Source: Patescibacteria group bacterium (GTDB taxonomy: Bacteria > Patescibacteriota > Minisyncoccia > Phycocordibacterales > JBBTRF01). Taken from it: a stretch of 64,000 nt of DNA. The translations under genes were made by a program, and so were the position numbers. The notes beneath the pieces were generated by a model. That model ran no database searches, was not told the DNA's origin, and saw only the letters and a program-made list of their open reading frames with translations. This document shows positions 1-7,528 of this stretch, piece by piece; position 1 is the stretch's first letter; each line of letters opens with the position of its first letter. The stretch spans positions 464,458 to 528,457 of the forward strand of contig JBBTRF010000001.1 of NCBI GenBank assembly GCA_038065315.1, written 5' to 3'.

Positions 1-205
1 CCATCATCTTGCCCTTCATCTTGAGAGAGGTAGCGGCCGCGAGGGTCTTCCCTGCCTCATCGTTGATGAGCTGAGCATACACGTACTTGTTTGATCGATA
101 CACAGCGAGACGAGGGCATGATGCGGTGCCAGAAATCTTCGCGCGAATTCGCTTCTGGCGTCGTGCTCGGGTGATCTGTGCAAGTTGTGTTTTGGTAGTA
201 GCCAT
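1..205 (-). CDS. rplR: 50S ribosomal protein L18 (N-terminal part; gene continues beyond window start)
   Basis: Reverse-complement translation starting at 205 reads [27 protein letters not shown]...[25 protein letters not shown], a typical L18 N-terminus. The frame differs from the listed 16..333 ORF. Confidence 0.8.
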   Translation of the reverse strand, partial: MATTKTQLAQITRARRQKRIRAKISGTASCPRLAVYRSNKYVYAQLINDEAGKTLAAATSLKMKGKMM

Positions 206-226
206 GTGAGTGTGAATATGAAGGGA

Positions 227-760
227 TTATGCAGTCTTCTTGCCTTCCTTGCGTCGGATGGTCTCGTCGTCATATCGGATACCTTTGCCCTTGTATGGCT
301 CAGGAACCTTGTTGGCGCGGACCTGCGCGGCAAACTGGCCGACGAGCTCTTTGTCCTGGCCGGTGATAGTGATGAGGTTTTTCTCGGCAGTGACCTTGAG
401 GCCCTTTGGGAGCTTCATGTTCACCGGATGAGAAAAGCCGAGAGACATTGCGAGAGTGTCCCCCTTTACATCAGACTTGTAACCAATGCCTTCGACAATG
501 AGCTTCTTGGTGTAGCCCTTGGTGACGCCTTCCATCATGTTCATGATATGTGAAGACCAAGTGCCCCAAAGCATTTTTGCTTCAGCAGTGGTGTTTTGTG
601 CAGAAACATTCACATGACCATCGGCCACAGCAACGTTGATCAAAGAGTGTATCTCACGAGCAAGCTCACCAAGAGGACCCTTTACGGTCACGACTCGGCC
701 AGCCACAGTAACAGTGGTATTTTCTGGGATAGCGAGAGGTTTTTTGCCGATTCGTGACAT
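227..760 (-). CDS. rplF: 50S ribosomal protein L6
   Basis: 177-aa protein beginning MSRIGKKPLAIPENTTVTVAGRVVTVKGPLGEL, a canonical L6; its position is the conserved L18-L6-S8 order. Confidence 0.95.
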   Translation of the reverse strand: MSRIGKKPLAIPENTTVTVAGRVVTVKGPLGELAREIHSLINVAVADGHVNVSAQNTTAEAKMLWGTWSSHIMNMMEGVTKGYTKKLIVEGIGYKSDVKGDTLAMSLGFSHPVNMKLPKGLKVTAEKNLITITGQDKELVGQFAAQVRANKVPEPYKGKGIRYDDETIRRKEGKKTA

Positions 761-778
761 GTGAGTATGATTAAATAA

Positions 779-1171
779 TTACCAGATCTTAAAGAGAAGC
801 TCGCCGCCAAGGCCGTCCTTTCGAGCTTGCACGTCGGTCATGACTCCCTTTGAGGTAGAGACAACGAGAGTACCGAAGCCATTCTTCACTCGAGGCAGGT
901 CGGTGGCACCAGCATAGATGCGCTTAGAAGGCTTTGAGATCCGCTCAGCACCGTGCATTCGAGCGAGGTTGCCTGTGTAGACGAGCTTGATCTCGACACT
1001 CCTGATTCCTTTCTTGCCTTTCTTCGTGGCATTCTTCACGTAGCCTTCCTTCTCGAGGAGGTCAGTGACGGCCATCAAAAGATTTGAGTATGGCAAAGTG
1101 ACGAGCTCTTTCTGTGAAGCAGCTGCGTTTTTGATATTTGAAATGTAGTCGCTGAGAGTATCCTTTACCAT
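779..1171 (-). CDS. rpsH: 30S ribosomal protein S8
   Basis: 130 aa; S8 signature (...LLEKEGYV...GIRSVEIKL...); lies between the S14 and L6 genes as in the spc operon. Confidence 0.95.
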   Translation of the reverse strand: MVKDTLSDYISNIKNAAASQKELVTLPYSNLLMAVTDLLEKEGYVKNATKKGKKGIRSVEIKLVYTGNLARMHGAERISKPSKRIYAGATDLPRVKNGFGTLVVSTSKGVMTDVQARKDGLGGELLFKIW

Positions 1172-1350
1172 GATGATTTTTTAATGCCTGGGATCATGCC
1201 TTCGTTCGCGAACTCTCGGAAGCAGATACGGCAGAGACCGAAATCTCGCATAAAGCCTCGCTTTCGACCACAGCGGAAACAGCGTCGAACAATCCGAGTA
1301 GAAAACTTCGGTTTCTTCTGAGATCGTGCGATGACTGATGTTTTCGCCAT
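1165..1350 (-). CDS. rpsZ: 30S ribosomal protein S14 type Z (zinc-binding)
   Basis: 61 aa starting at the internal Met [32 protein letters not shown]...CRIC; contains the CxxC...CxxC zinc ribbon. The listed ORF has a non-homologous 5' extension. Confidence 0.9.
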   Translation of the reverse strand: MAKTSVIARSQKKPKFSTRIVRRCFRCGRKRGFMRDFGLCRICFREFANEGMIPGIKKSSW

Positions 1351-1445
1351 TGTGGATTGATAATTAAAAAAATGAGGCTCTTTGGGAGCGTGGAGACATA
1401 CTAGCAATACGGACTGCCGATGTCAAACCACGCTTCCCTGCTTGA

Positions 1446-2027
1446 TTATTCCTTGGCTTTCCGACCCTTCGCGGCCAGCTTCTTCTCCTCCTCCGGCTTC
1501 ATGAAAGGGATGCCGAGGTATTCGAAGAAGATCTCCGCCGACTTTGCATCCTTCGCCGTGGTGACGATGGTCGCCGCGAAGCCGAAGACGTCCTTGAGCT
1601 CTTCGTCTGAAGTCTCAGGGAAGATGGTGTGCTCGCGGATACCGATGTTGATGTTACCCATCTCATCGATGGCCTTGCGCGCAATACCACGGAAGTCCTT
1701 GGTTCGAGGGAGGGCGATGTTGATGAGCTTGTTGAGGAAGTTCACCATTCGATCGCCTCGGAGGGTCACCTGGTAGCCGGCTGGGTCGCCCTGTCGAGAC
1801 TTGAAGGTCGCGATCGACTTTTTCGCTGTCTTCACCACTACTTTCTGGCCCGCGATGCGGTTCATGCGGTCGGCGATGAGCTCGATCTTCTTCTTGTCCT
1901 TTACAGAACCAATGCCAGACGAAAGCACCACCTTTACGAGCTTTGGTGTTTCCATGATATTCGTAATACCAAGAGCTCCCTTGAGGGTCTCGAATGTCTT
2001 ATTCTGCTTTTCTTTTACTCCGTTCAT
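1446..2027 (-). CDS. rplE: 50S ribosomal protein L5
   Basis: 193 aa with L5 motifs and the conserved operon position. Carries a Lys-rich C-terminal tail. Confidence 0.95.
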   Translation of the reverse strand: MNGVKEKQNKTFETLKGALGITNIMETPKLVKVVLSSGIGSVKDKKKIELIADRMNRIAGQKVVVKTAKKSIATFKSRQGDPAGYQVTLRGDRMVNFLNKLINIALPRTKDFRGIARKAIDEMGNINIGIREHTIFPETSDEELKDVFGFAATIVTTAKDAKSAEIFFEYLGIPFMKPEEEKKLAAKGRKAKE

Positions 2028-2038
2028 GATAGTTATGA

Positions 2039-2269
2039 TTATTTCTTACGAGCTTCGACGAGCTTAACGTTTGAGACGTGAATCGGCATCGCCTTCTCGA
2101 CAATTTCACCCTTTTTGCCATTTCGCTGAGCCTTGATGTGTCGCTTGTGGACATTGACGCCGTCAACCAATACCAAATTCTCCTTTGGCATCGCCTTGAG
2201 GATCTTGCCTTTCTTGCCCTTGTCCTTGCCGGCAATCACTATTACGTTTTCGTCTTTTTTTACGTGCAT
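2039..2269 (-). CDS. rplX: 50S ribosomal protein L24
   Basis: 76 aa with a KOW-like motif (MHVKKDENVIVIAGKDKGKKGKIL); sits between the L14 and L5 genes. Confidence 0.9.
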   Translation of the reverse strand: MHVKKDENVIVIAGKDKGKKGKILKAMPKENLVLVDGVNVHKRHIKAQRNGKKGEIVEKAMPIHVSNVKLVEARKK

Positions 2270-2290
2270 TGGAGTATGGTTATGGTCTCG

Positions 2291-2662
2291 TTATACGATT
2301 TCTGGGGCCAAAGAAGCGATCTTCTGGAAACCCTTTTCCGCGATTTCTCGAGGGATAGGACCGAAGACACGGCCGCCGATTGGCTCCATCTTTTCTCGCT
2401 CGATGATCACCACAGCGTTCTCATCGAATCGGATGTATGAACCGTCCTTGCGTCGGAATGGGTTGCGCTGTCGCACGACCACTGCTCGAAGAACATCCTT
2501 CTTCTTGATCGCCTTTCGAGGCTCTGCCTTCTGCACAGAGAGGATCACGAGCTCACCGATCTGGGCGTATCGCTTCCCCGCGCTGCCGAGCACTTTGAAG
2601 ATACGGCCGATCTTCGCGCCGGTGTTGTCTGCAATAGTTACGATTGAGCGTGGTTGGATCAT
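2291..2662 (-). CDS. rplN: 50S ribosomal protein L14
   Basis: 123 aa beginning MIQPRSIVTIADNTGAK, a canonical L14. Confidence 0.95.
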   Translation of the reverse strand: MIQPRSIVTIADNTGAKIGRIFKVLGSAGKRYAQIGELVILSVQKAEPRKAIKKKDVLRAVVVRQRNPFRRKDGSYIRFDENAVVIIEREKMEPIGGRVFGPIPREIAEKGFQKIASLAPEIV

Positions 2663-2671
2663 GGAAGTGTA

Positions 2672-2965
2672 TTAAATAACGCGGAAATGCTTATTCTTCG
2701 AGATCGGTCGAGTCTCGATGATAGTGACAGTATCGCCGATCTTCTTGGTGTTGCCTGCATCGTGTGCCTGGAATCGCTTGGTGCTCTTCATGTACTTGCC
2801 GTACTTTGGCATTTTGTTGAAGGTATCGACAGCGACGACAATAGTGTCCTTCATTTTGTCAGACACGACCTTGCCGGTGAGAGTCTTCGGCTTCGATACA
2901 ACCGCAGCCGCAGGAGCGGTGCCCTGGGAGACTTTGGTTGCTTTGATTTTAGTGTTCTTTTCCAT
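2672..2965 (-). CDS. rpsQ: 30S ribosomal protein S17
   Basis: 97 aa; S17 core (...GKVVSDKMKDTIVVAV...HDAGNTKKIGDTVTIIETRPISKNKHFRV). Confidence 0.9.
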   Translation of the reverse strand: MEKNTKIKATKVSQGTAPAAAVVSKPKTLTGKVVSDKMKDTIVVAVDTFNKMPKYGKYMKSTKRFQAHDAGNTKKIGDTVTIIETRPISKNKHFRVI

Positions 2966-2970
2966 GAAAA

Positions 2971-3240
2971 TTATTTAACGGTAACTTTAGCAACCTTGGC
3001 CTTCGCCGCCTTCTTTGACGCAGCAACTGCCTTTGGAGCAACTGGGACGACAGGCGTAGCATTGTTTCGCGCAGAGACCTCGGTGAGAAGTCGAGCAATG
3101 TCCTTTCGGAGATTTCGGCCAGCCTTCACATCCTTGAGCTTGCTACCAGAAGAGCCAAGTCGAAACTCCTTCAAAGCCACTCGCTTCTCATCGATGGTCT
3201 TCAAAATTTCTTTGTCGCTGATTTTCTTGATTTCTTTCAT
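2971..3240 (-). CDS. rpmC: 50S ribosomal protein L29 (with Ala/Lys-rich C-terminal extension)
   Basis: 89 aa; L29 pattern (...LKEFRLG...LRKDIARLLT...); lies between the L16 and S17 genes. Confidence 0.85.
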   Translation of the reverse strand: MKEIKKISDKEILKTIDEKRVALKEFRLGSSGSKLKDVKAGRNLRKDIARLLTEVSARNNATPVVPVAPKAVAASKKAAKAKVAKVTVK

Positions 3241-3245
3241 GGGAG

Positions 3246-3662
3246 TTATCGTGAAATGACCTTAGACTTCAATGGGAGCTTGGTGCCTGCCTTTCGAAGA
3301 GCCTCCTTTGCTTCGGTGTCGACAACACCGTCCACCTCAAAGATGATACGACCTGCCTTCACTTCTGCACAGTATCCCTGTGGCTCACCCTTTCCGGAAC
3401 CCATCGGCACTTCAGCGGCCTTTGCGGTATATGGCATGTCTGGGAAAATGCGAATCCACACCTTTCCTGACTTTCCAGCAAATCGAGAGATCACCTTTCG
3501 TGCTGCTTCGATCTGGTTTGAGGTTACTCGCGCAGGGGTCATCGCCTTGAGGCCAAATGATCCAAATGCCAAAGCAATGCCTCGAGTCTCGATGAAAGGC
3601 TTAGCGTAGTTTCGGCGCATTCGGTGCCACTTGCGATGTTTTACTTTCTTTGGGAGTAACAT
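3246..3662 (-). CDS. rplP: 50S ribosomal protein L16
   Basis: 138 aa beginning MLLPKKVKHRKWHRMRR, a canonical L16. Confidence 0.95.
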   Translation of the reverse strand: MLLPKKVKHRKWHRMRRNYAKPFIETRGIALAFGSFGLKAMTPARVTSNQIEAARKVISRFAGKSGKVWIRIFPDMPYTAKAAEVPMGSGKGEPQGYCAEVKAGRIIFEVDGVVDTEAKEALRKAGTKLPLKSKVISR

Positions 3663-3673
3663 GGGAGTGTTGG

Positions 3674-4369
3674 TTAGTTCTGATTGTGGTTAGGCTTCGC
3701 CGCCTTTGCCTTCTCAGCAAAGATCTCACCTCGGTAGATCCACACCTTGATGCCGATGTCGCCATAGGTCATGTGCGCCTTTTCACGCTTGAAATCTACA
3801 TCGGCTCGCAAGGTCTGGAGAGGAACTCGGCCACGCTTGAGCTCTTCCTGTCGGGCCATATCGGCACCGCCAAGTCGGCCAGTGAGATAGATCTTCACTC
3901 CCAAGACGTCTCGGTTTGCCATCACCTTCTCAATGGTCTGCTTCATGACGCGTCGGAATGGGAGGCGCTTCTCGAGGCCTTCTGCCACAGTGTAGGCAAC
4001 GATGGCTGCATTAGACTCAGGAGATCGGACCTCTTCGATGTCGAGCTTGAGCTCTGGAGGCATTGCAAGCTTGTTCTTCTTGATGAAATTGAGGATGTCG
4101 TTTCGCAACGCGGTGGCACCTTCTCCACTCTTGCCGATGAGCATACCTGGTCGAGAAGTCTTGATGACCACGCGAAGGTTTTTAGAATTTCGCTCGATAT
4201 CTACGCCAGCAGTATAAAAACCACGGAGTTTCTTGTCCAAATATTCACGAAGAGTGACGTCGCACTTGAGGTACGATACGTACTTTGTCTTGTCCGCGCC
4301 GAACCAGCGAGACTTCCAGTCTCGGATGATTCCCAATCGATGTGCATATGGATGGACGACGTGTGACAT
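3674..4369 (-). CDS. rpsC: 30S ribosomal protein S3
   Basis: 231 aa; S3 KH and C-terminal domains (MSHVVHPYAHRLGIIRDWKSRWF...). Confidence 0.95.
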   Translation of the reverse strand: MSHVVHPYAHRLGIIRDWKSRWFGADKTKYVSYLKCDVTLREYLDKKLRGFYTAGVDIERNSKNLRVVIKTSRPGMLIGKSGEGATALRNDILNFIKKNKLAMPPELKLDIEEVRSPESNAAIVAYTVAEGLEKRLPFRRVMKQTIEKVMANRDVLGVKIYLTGRLGGADMARQEELKRGRVPLQTLRADVDFKREKAHMTYGDIGIKVWIYRGEIFAEKAKAAKPNHNQN

Positions 4370-4373
4370 GTGA

Positions 4374-4787
4374 TTATTTGCTATCTTTGTTAGTTTTTGG
4401 AGCCGCTTTTACCGCGCTCGCTGTCTTCGCGGCCTTTGTCACCTTTTTTGGCTTCTCTGCCACGACATCCAAGACCAAAGTGACGTGGCTTGAGTGCTTG
4501 TGGATCGGGAAAGCGCTACCACGAGCTCGAGGCATGCTGCGCTTCATGATGGTGCCGCCATTGACCTGCACGTTTTTGATGAAAAGGTTCTCTGCAGAGA
4601 GATTGAAGTTGGTCTTCGCGTTGGCCACAGCAGAAGCAATGAGCTTCTTCATTGGACCAGAAGCTTCCTTCACGAGGAAATCAAGCATGGTCATCGCATC
4701 GCCTACTTTCTTGCCCTTTACGAGATTCGCCACGAGACGAACCTTTCGCGGAGCCTGTCGATAATCGTTGAGTGATGCGGTAACCAT
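4374..4787 (-). CDS. rplV: 50S ribosomal protein L22 (Lys/Ala-rich C-terminal extension)
   Basis: 137 aa; L22 core (...VRLVANLVKGKKVGDAMTMLDF...). Confidence 0.9.
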   Translation of the reverse strand: MVTASLNDYRQAPRKVRLVANLVKGKKVGDAMTMLDFLVKEASGPMKKLIASAVANAKTNFNLSAENLFIKNVQVNGGTIMKRSMPRARGSAFPIHKHSSHVTLVLDVVAEKPKKVTKAAKTASAVKAAPKTNKDSK

Positions 4788-4823
4788 TGGAGTATTGATA
4801 AAATGAAGGATGATTATGCTGGA

Positions 4824-5165
4824 TTATTTCTTTTCTGCCACGGTGGCCTTAGCGGTCTGGGCAGCTGCGATCTCAGCCTCCTTCTTCTTGGCCTCAAGCT
4901 CCTTCTGCATCTTACCTCCGTGTCGTACAAACTTTCGGGTAAGCGCAAATTCACCGAGGCGGTGACCTACCATTTCCTCGGTGACAAGCACTTCAATATG
5001 ATCTTTGCCATTGTGGACGCCAAACTTATATCCCACCATTTCCGGTGAAATCTGGCTGTCTCGAGCCCAGGTCTTAATAACCCCAGCTTGTTCTGGCTTC
5101 TTGCCGGCGATCTTCTTGAGAAGAATCTCCGCTACATATGGTCCTTTTGCGAGTGATCGGGTCAT
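4824..5165 (-). CDS. rpsS: 30S ribosomal protein S19
   Basis: S19 core [19 protein letters not shown]...[13 protein letters not shown] plus a Lys/Glu/Ala tail. The listed ORF extends 10 codons upstream (to 5195) without homology, so the internal Met start was chosen; no Shine-Dalgarno is visible for either start. Confidence 0.85.
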   Translation of the reverse strand: MTRSLAKGPYVAEILLKKIAGKKPEQAGVIKTWARDSQISPEMVGYKFGVHNGKDHIEVLVTEEMVGHRLGEFALTRKFVRHGGKMQKELEAKKKEAEIAAAQTAKATVAEKK

Positions 5166-5228
5166 GAATGAATGAAAACAGCTCACCTGAGCCATGGCTT
5201 AGTATCTTAGCAGAAGCATATATAATGT

Positions 5229-5339
5229 CAACCCGCCGCCCCGCTCCCTTCGGGCACGCGTCAAAACTCTGCTGAGTTTTGCACTCACTCTCAGGCCGTC
5301 GCCTTCCGAGAGACCCTCAGGGAGCGAGGCGGCGGGTTG
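5229..5339. repeat. Nested-hairpin intergenic repeat, copy A (20-bp outer inverted repeat with 1 mismatch; internal hairpin caaaactc-tgct-gagttttg; GC block ctctcaggccgtcgccttccgagag)
   Basis: Outer arms are caacccgccgccccgctccc (5229-5248) and gggagcgaggcggcgggttg (5320-5339). The core is homologous to copies at 11909, 16773, 25249 and 39297. Confidence 0.7.
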
Positions 5340-5445
5340 TTCATTGTGCAACAATTAGTGTCGTTTTACCGAGAGCGGAATGAAATTGTTATGAAGATTT
5401 TGCTTGTAAGTAGCCGTACTGGTTATATATAGTTACGGGTGCTAG

Positions 5446-5940
5446 ATGATGAAGAAACCCGCAAATAACTATGCTTTTATAGATAGCCAGAATCTGAATT
5501 TGGGTGTACTTGGTCTTGGTTGGAGGCTTGATTTTTCGCGCTTTCGAGTCTATCTGAAAGATAAGTATGATGTGTCTAGTGCCTTTATTTTTATAGGATA
5601 CGTACCCGGGAATGAGAGGTTGTACTCTTACCTCCAAAAATCTGGCTATATTTGTATTTTTAAACCCACCCTGGAATTACCTGATGGGGCAGTGAAAGGC
5701 AATGTCGACGCCGAACTCGTACTGAACACCATGATTGAGCTTCCAAATTTCGACAAAGCAGTGGTCGTTTCTGGGGACGGTGACTTCTACTGCCTGGCAC
5801 GACACCTTATTTCGAATAGAAAATGTGAAGCGATCATTGTACCGAACAAATACAAATACTCTGCTCTCTTGAGATTCAAAGACATTAAGCCCTACCTCCG
5901 TTTCATAAACGACCTGCAAAACAAGCTTGAGAAAAAATAA
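5446..5940 (+). CDS. NYN-domain (LabA/PIN-like) ribonuclease family protein
   Basis: 164 aa; NYN hallmarks include the N-terminal AFIDSQNL motif, acidic residues (D..E) and the SGDGDF motif. Transcribed divergently from rpsS. Confidence 0.8.
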   Translation: MMKKPANNYAFIDSQNLNLGVLGLGWRLDFSRFRVYLKDKYDVSSAFIFIGYVPGNERLYSYLQKSGYICIFKPTLELPDGAVKGNVDAELVLNTMIELPNFDKAVVVSGDGDFYCLARHLISNRKCEAIIVPNKYKYSALLRFKDIKPYLRFINDLQNKLEKK

Positions 5941-6039
5941 AAGAAAAGGCCCCGCAAGGACGGAACCTTGAAGGGTGATCTTTTCCATTCGTGATATTGA
6001 TAATTCTATCAAACTCAAGAAAGGAGTCAAGGCGATGAA

Positions 6040-6166
6040 GTAGCCCAAGTATCTACCCCCAGAGAGACCCCTATTCCGACTTTCGCCAGAGATACTCTCA
6101 TCGTTTCCCTTTCGAGAAACCGCAGTGGACGGGGATTTTCTGACCTTTAGAAGTAGATACTTGGGC
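6040..6166. other. 16-bp perfect inverted repeat (tagcccaagtatctac / gtagatacttgggcta) flanking a 94-nt spacer
   Basis: Read directly from the sequence between the NYN gene and the DinJ-like gene. Confidence 0.6.
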
Positions 6167-6232
6167 TATTTCAATTCGCTTTTCTATACCTAAGGCATAT
6201 ACCAAAAGTAGCCGAGCGGTCAAGTGTCGCGA

Positions 6233-6502
6233 TTAGGAAAGTAGGTGTTTTGTTAATTCCTCAGCATTCTTGTACCGCTTCCCATGCTTCTCCGCCCATT
6301 CGGTCTCCTTGATCATTCGCGCTTCCTGGCCAGGAGTAAAACCATTAACAGTCCTGATCTCAAAAGGAATCGACTTGGTGCGAGATACCGTACGAAGAAA
6401 CAACTTCATCGCGGAAGACATGTCCAAACCAAGCTCGGCAAGCACCTTTTGAGCGCTTACTTTGGTCGCCTTATCGATACGAAGTTGAATAGTGGTGTTC
6501 AT
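6233..6502 (-). CDS. DinJ/RelB-family antitoxin-like protein (orphan; no RelE/YafQ partner adjacent)
   Basis: 89 aa starting at the second Met, MNTTIQLRIDKATKVSAQKVLAELGLDMSSAMKLFLRTV...IPFEI, a DinJ ribbon-helix-helix pattern. Paralogous to the DinJ gene at 24890. Confidence 0.75.
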   Translation of the reverse strand: MNTTIQLRIDKATKVSAQKVLAELGLDMSSAMKLFLRTVSRTKSIPFEIRTVNGFTPGQEARMIKETEWAEKHGKRYKNAEELTKHLLS

Positions 6503-6540
6503 CACTCTAGTATAGACAATGTCACTACTTTGTCAATACG

Positions 6541-7461
6541 TTAGATATTCTTTGAAAAAAGGATCTTTGAGTCGAAATCTGCTATCTCATTTACTGCCTT
6601 CGATGTAGACCGGACAAACTCCGTCTCATCTTTTCTCGAATGTCCTTCCATCTTCCAGCGTAGGGAGACAAGAAGTCTGATTAGCACGAGGGTCTGGATA
6701 TCACGCATGGCCCCGGCCAACTCACTTTCGCCATACTCATATCCCTTAAGAAAAATGGCGATGTTCTCTTTGCCGGTATTCCAAGTAAATAGATCCGTAA
6801 GTTCCCCATGAGGCGCCCGGTGCCCACAAGAAGTTCCCCAATCCACAAGATAAATGGCTCCTGAAGGATGCACAACAACATTACTCAAATGAAGATTGCC
6901 ATGACACAATGTTGGGGCATATTGCCAAGAGCGGACTTCATTCACCCTCTTTTTAATACTCAAGAGTTTCTCACTGGAAAACACGCCTGCACTTTGGAAA
7001 AAGTTGTCTCCAAAAAGCTTGTCGTCAACATAATCAAGATCAAACTTGCAATCCGGTGCTGGGATGGCATTGAATTTCTTGGCATACTGACCTAAAGTAA
7101 GCCAAATTCTCCCTGCCTCCTTTGGCAAATCCCTACCATCAACACCCTCAATGAATTCTTGGAACGAGAATGAGTGCCCTACCTCCTCCCCTATCGCAAT
7201 ACACTTCGGGGTCGGAATATTTATCTTGGAAACCTCATCCATGCACCACTTCTCTCTTTGGTAGGTTTTGAGGGCCTTTCCACCTTTCTGCATCCGCAAG
7301 ATATAATCCACACCATTTACAGTAACCTTGCAGACAAGATTCACCACCCCCTTACCCCTAATCTCCTCGATCGATGAGGGTAGCACCCCGAAGACCTTCT
7401 TGGTAATTTGATCAACGACTTCTTTCATATATTTCTCTTTTATTTGCACTAATCGTATCAC
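6541..7461 (-). CDS. Aminoglycoside/choline-kinase-like phosphotransferase (APH family) with a non-canonical catalytic motif HGN instead of HGD
   Basis: 306 aa. It has an N-lobe Lys motif, the Brenner-type loop CHGNLHLSNVVV and the metal-binding motif VDWGTS, giving the APH/kinase-like fold. The catalytic Asp is replaced by Asn. Confidence 0.75.
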   Translation of the reverse strand: MIRLVQIKEKYMKEVVDQITKKVFGVLPSSIEEIRGKGVVNLVCKVTVNGVDYILRMQKGGKALKTYQREKWCMDEVSKINIPTPKCIAIGEEVGHSFSFQEFIEGVDGRDLPKEAGRIWLTLGQYAKKFNAIPAPDCKFDLDYVDDKLFGDNFFQSAGVFSSEKLLSIKKRVNEVRSWQYAPTLCHGNLHLSNVVVHPSGAIYLVDWGTSCGHRAPHGELTDLFTWNTGKENIAIFLKGYEYGESELAGAMRDIQTLVLIRLLVSLRWKMEGHSRKDETEFVRSTSKAVNEIADFDSKILFSKNI

Positions 7462-7484
7462 AAAGTGTTAACGCCAGGGCTGTG

Positions 7485-7528
7485 TAGCCAAAAGAAAAAT
7501 CCCCTCTCGGGGATTTTTCTTTTGGCTA
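7485..7528. terminator. Perfect 20-bp palindromic hairpin (tagccaaaagaaaaatcccc tctc ggggatttttcttttggcta), a bidirectional intrinsic terminator immediately after the rplB stop
   Basis: The stem contains A/T runs on both sides and ends 1 nt before the rplB stop codon at 7529. Confidence 0.7.

Noticed and set aside
185-553. Plus-strand ORF (122 aa) and the 16..333 minus-strand ORF overlapping the rplR/rplF region
   Set aside because: They are antisense or out of frame relative to clearly homologous ribosomal protein genes, and their translations are low-complexity with no homology.
3650-4366. 238-aa plus-strand ORF
   Set aside because: Fully antisense to rpsC (S3), which has unambiguous homology. 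It is an artefact of the high-GC, codon-biased opposite strand.
5677-6048. 123-aa minus-strand ORF
   Set aside because: Overlaps the well-supported NYN gene on the opposite strand; the hydrophobic, low-complexity translation has no homology.
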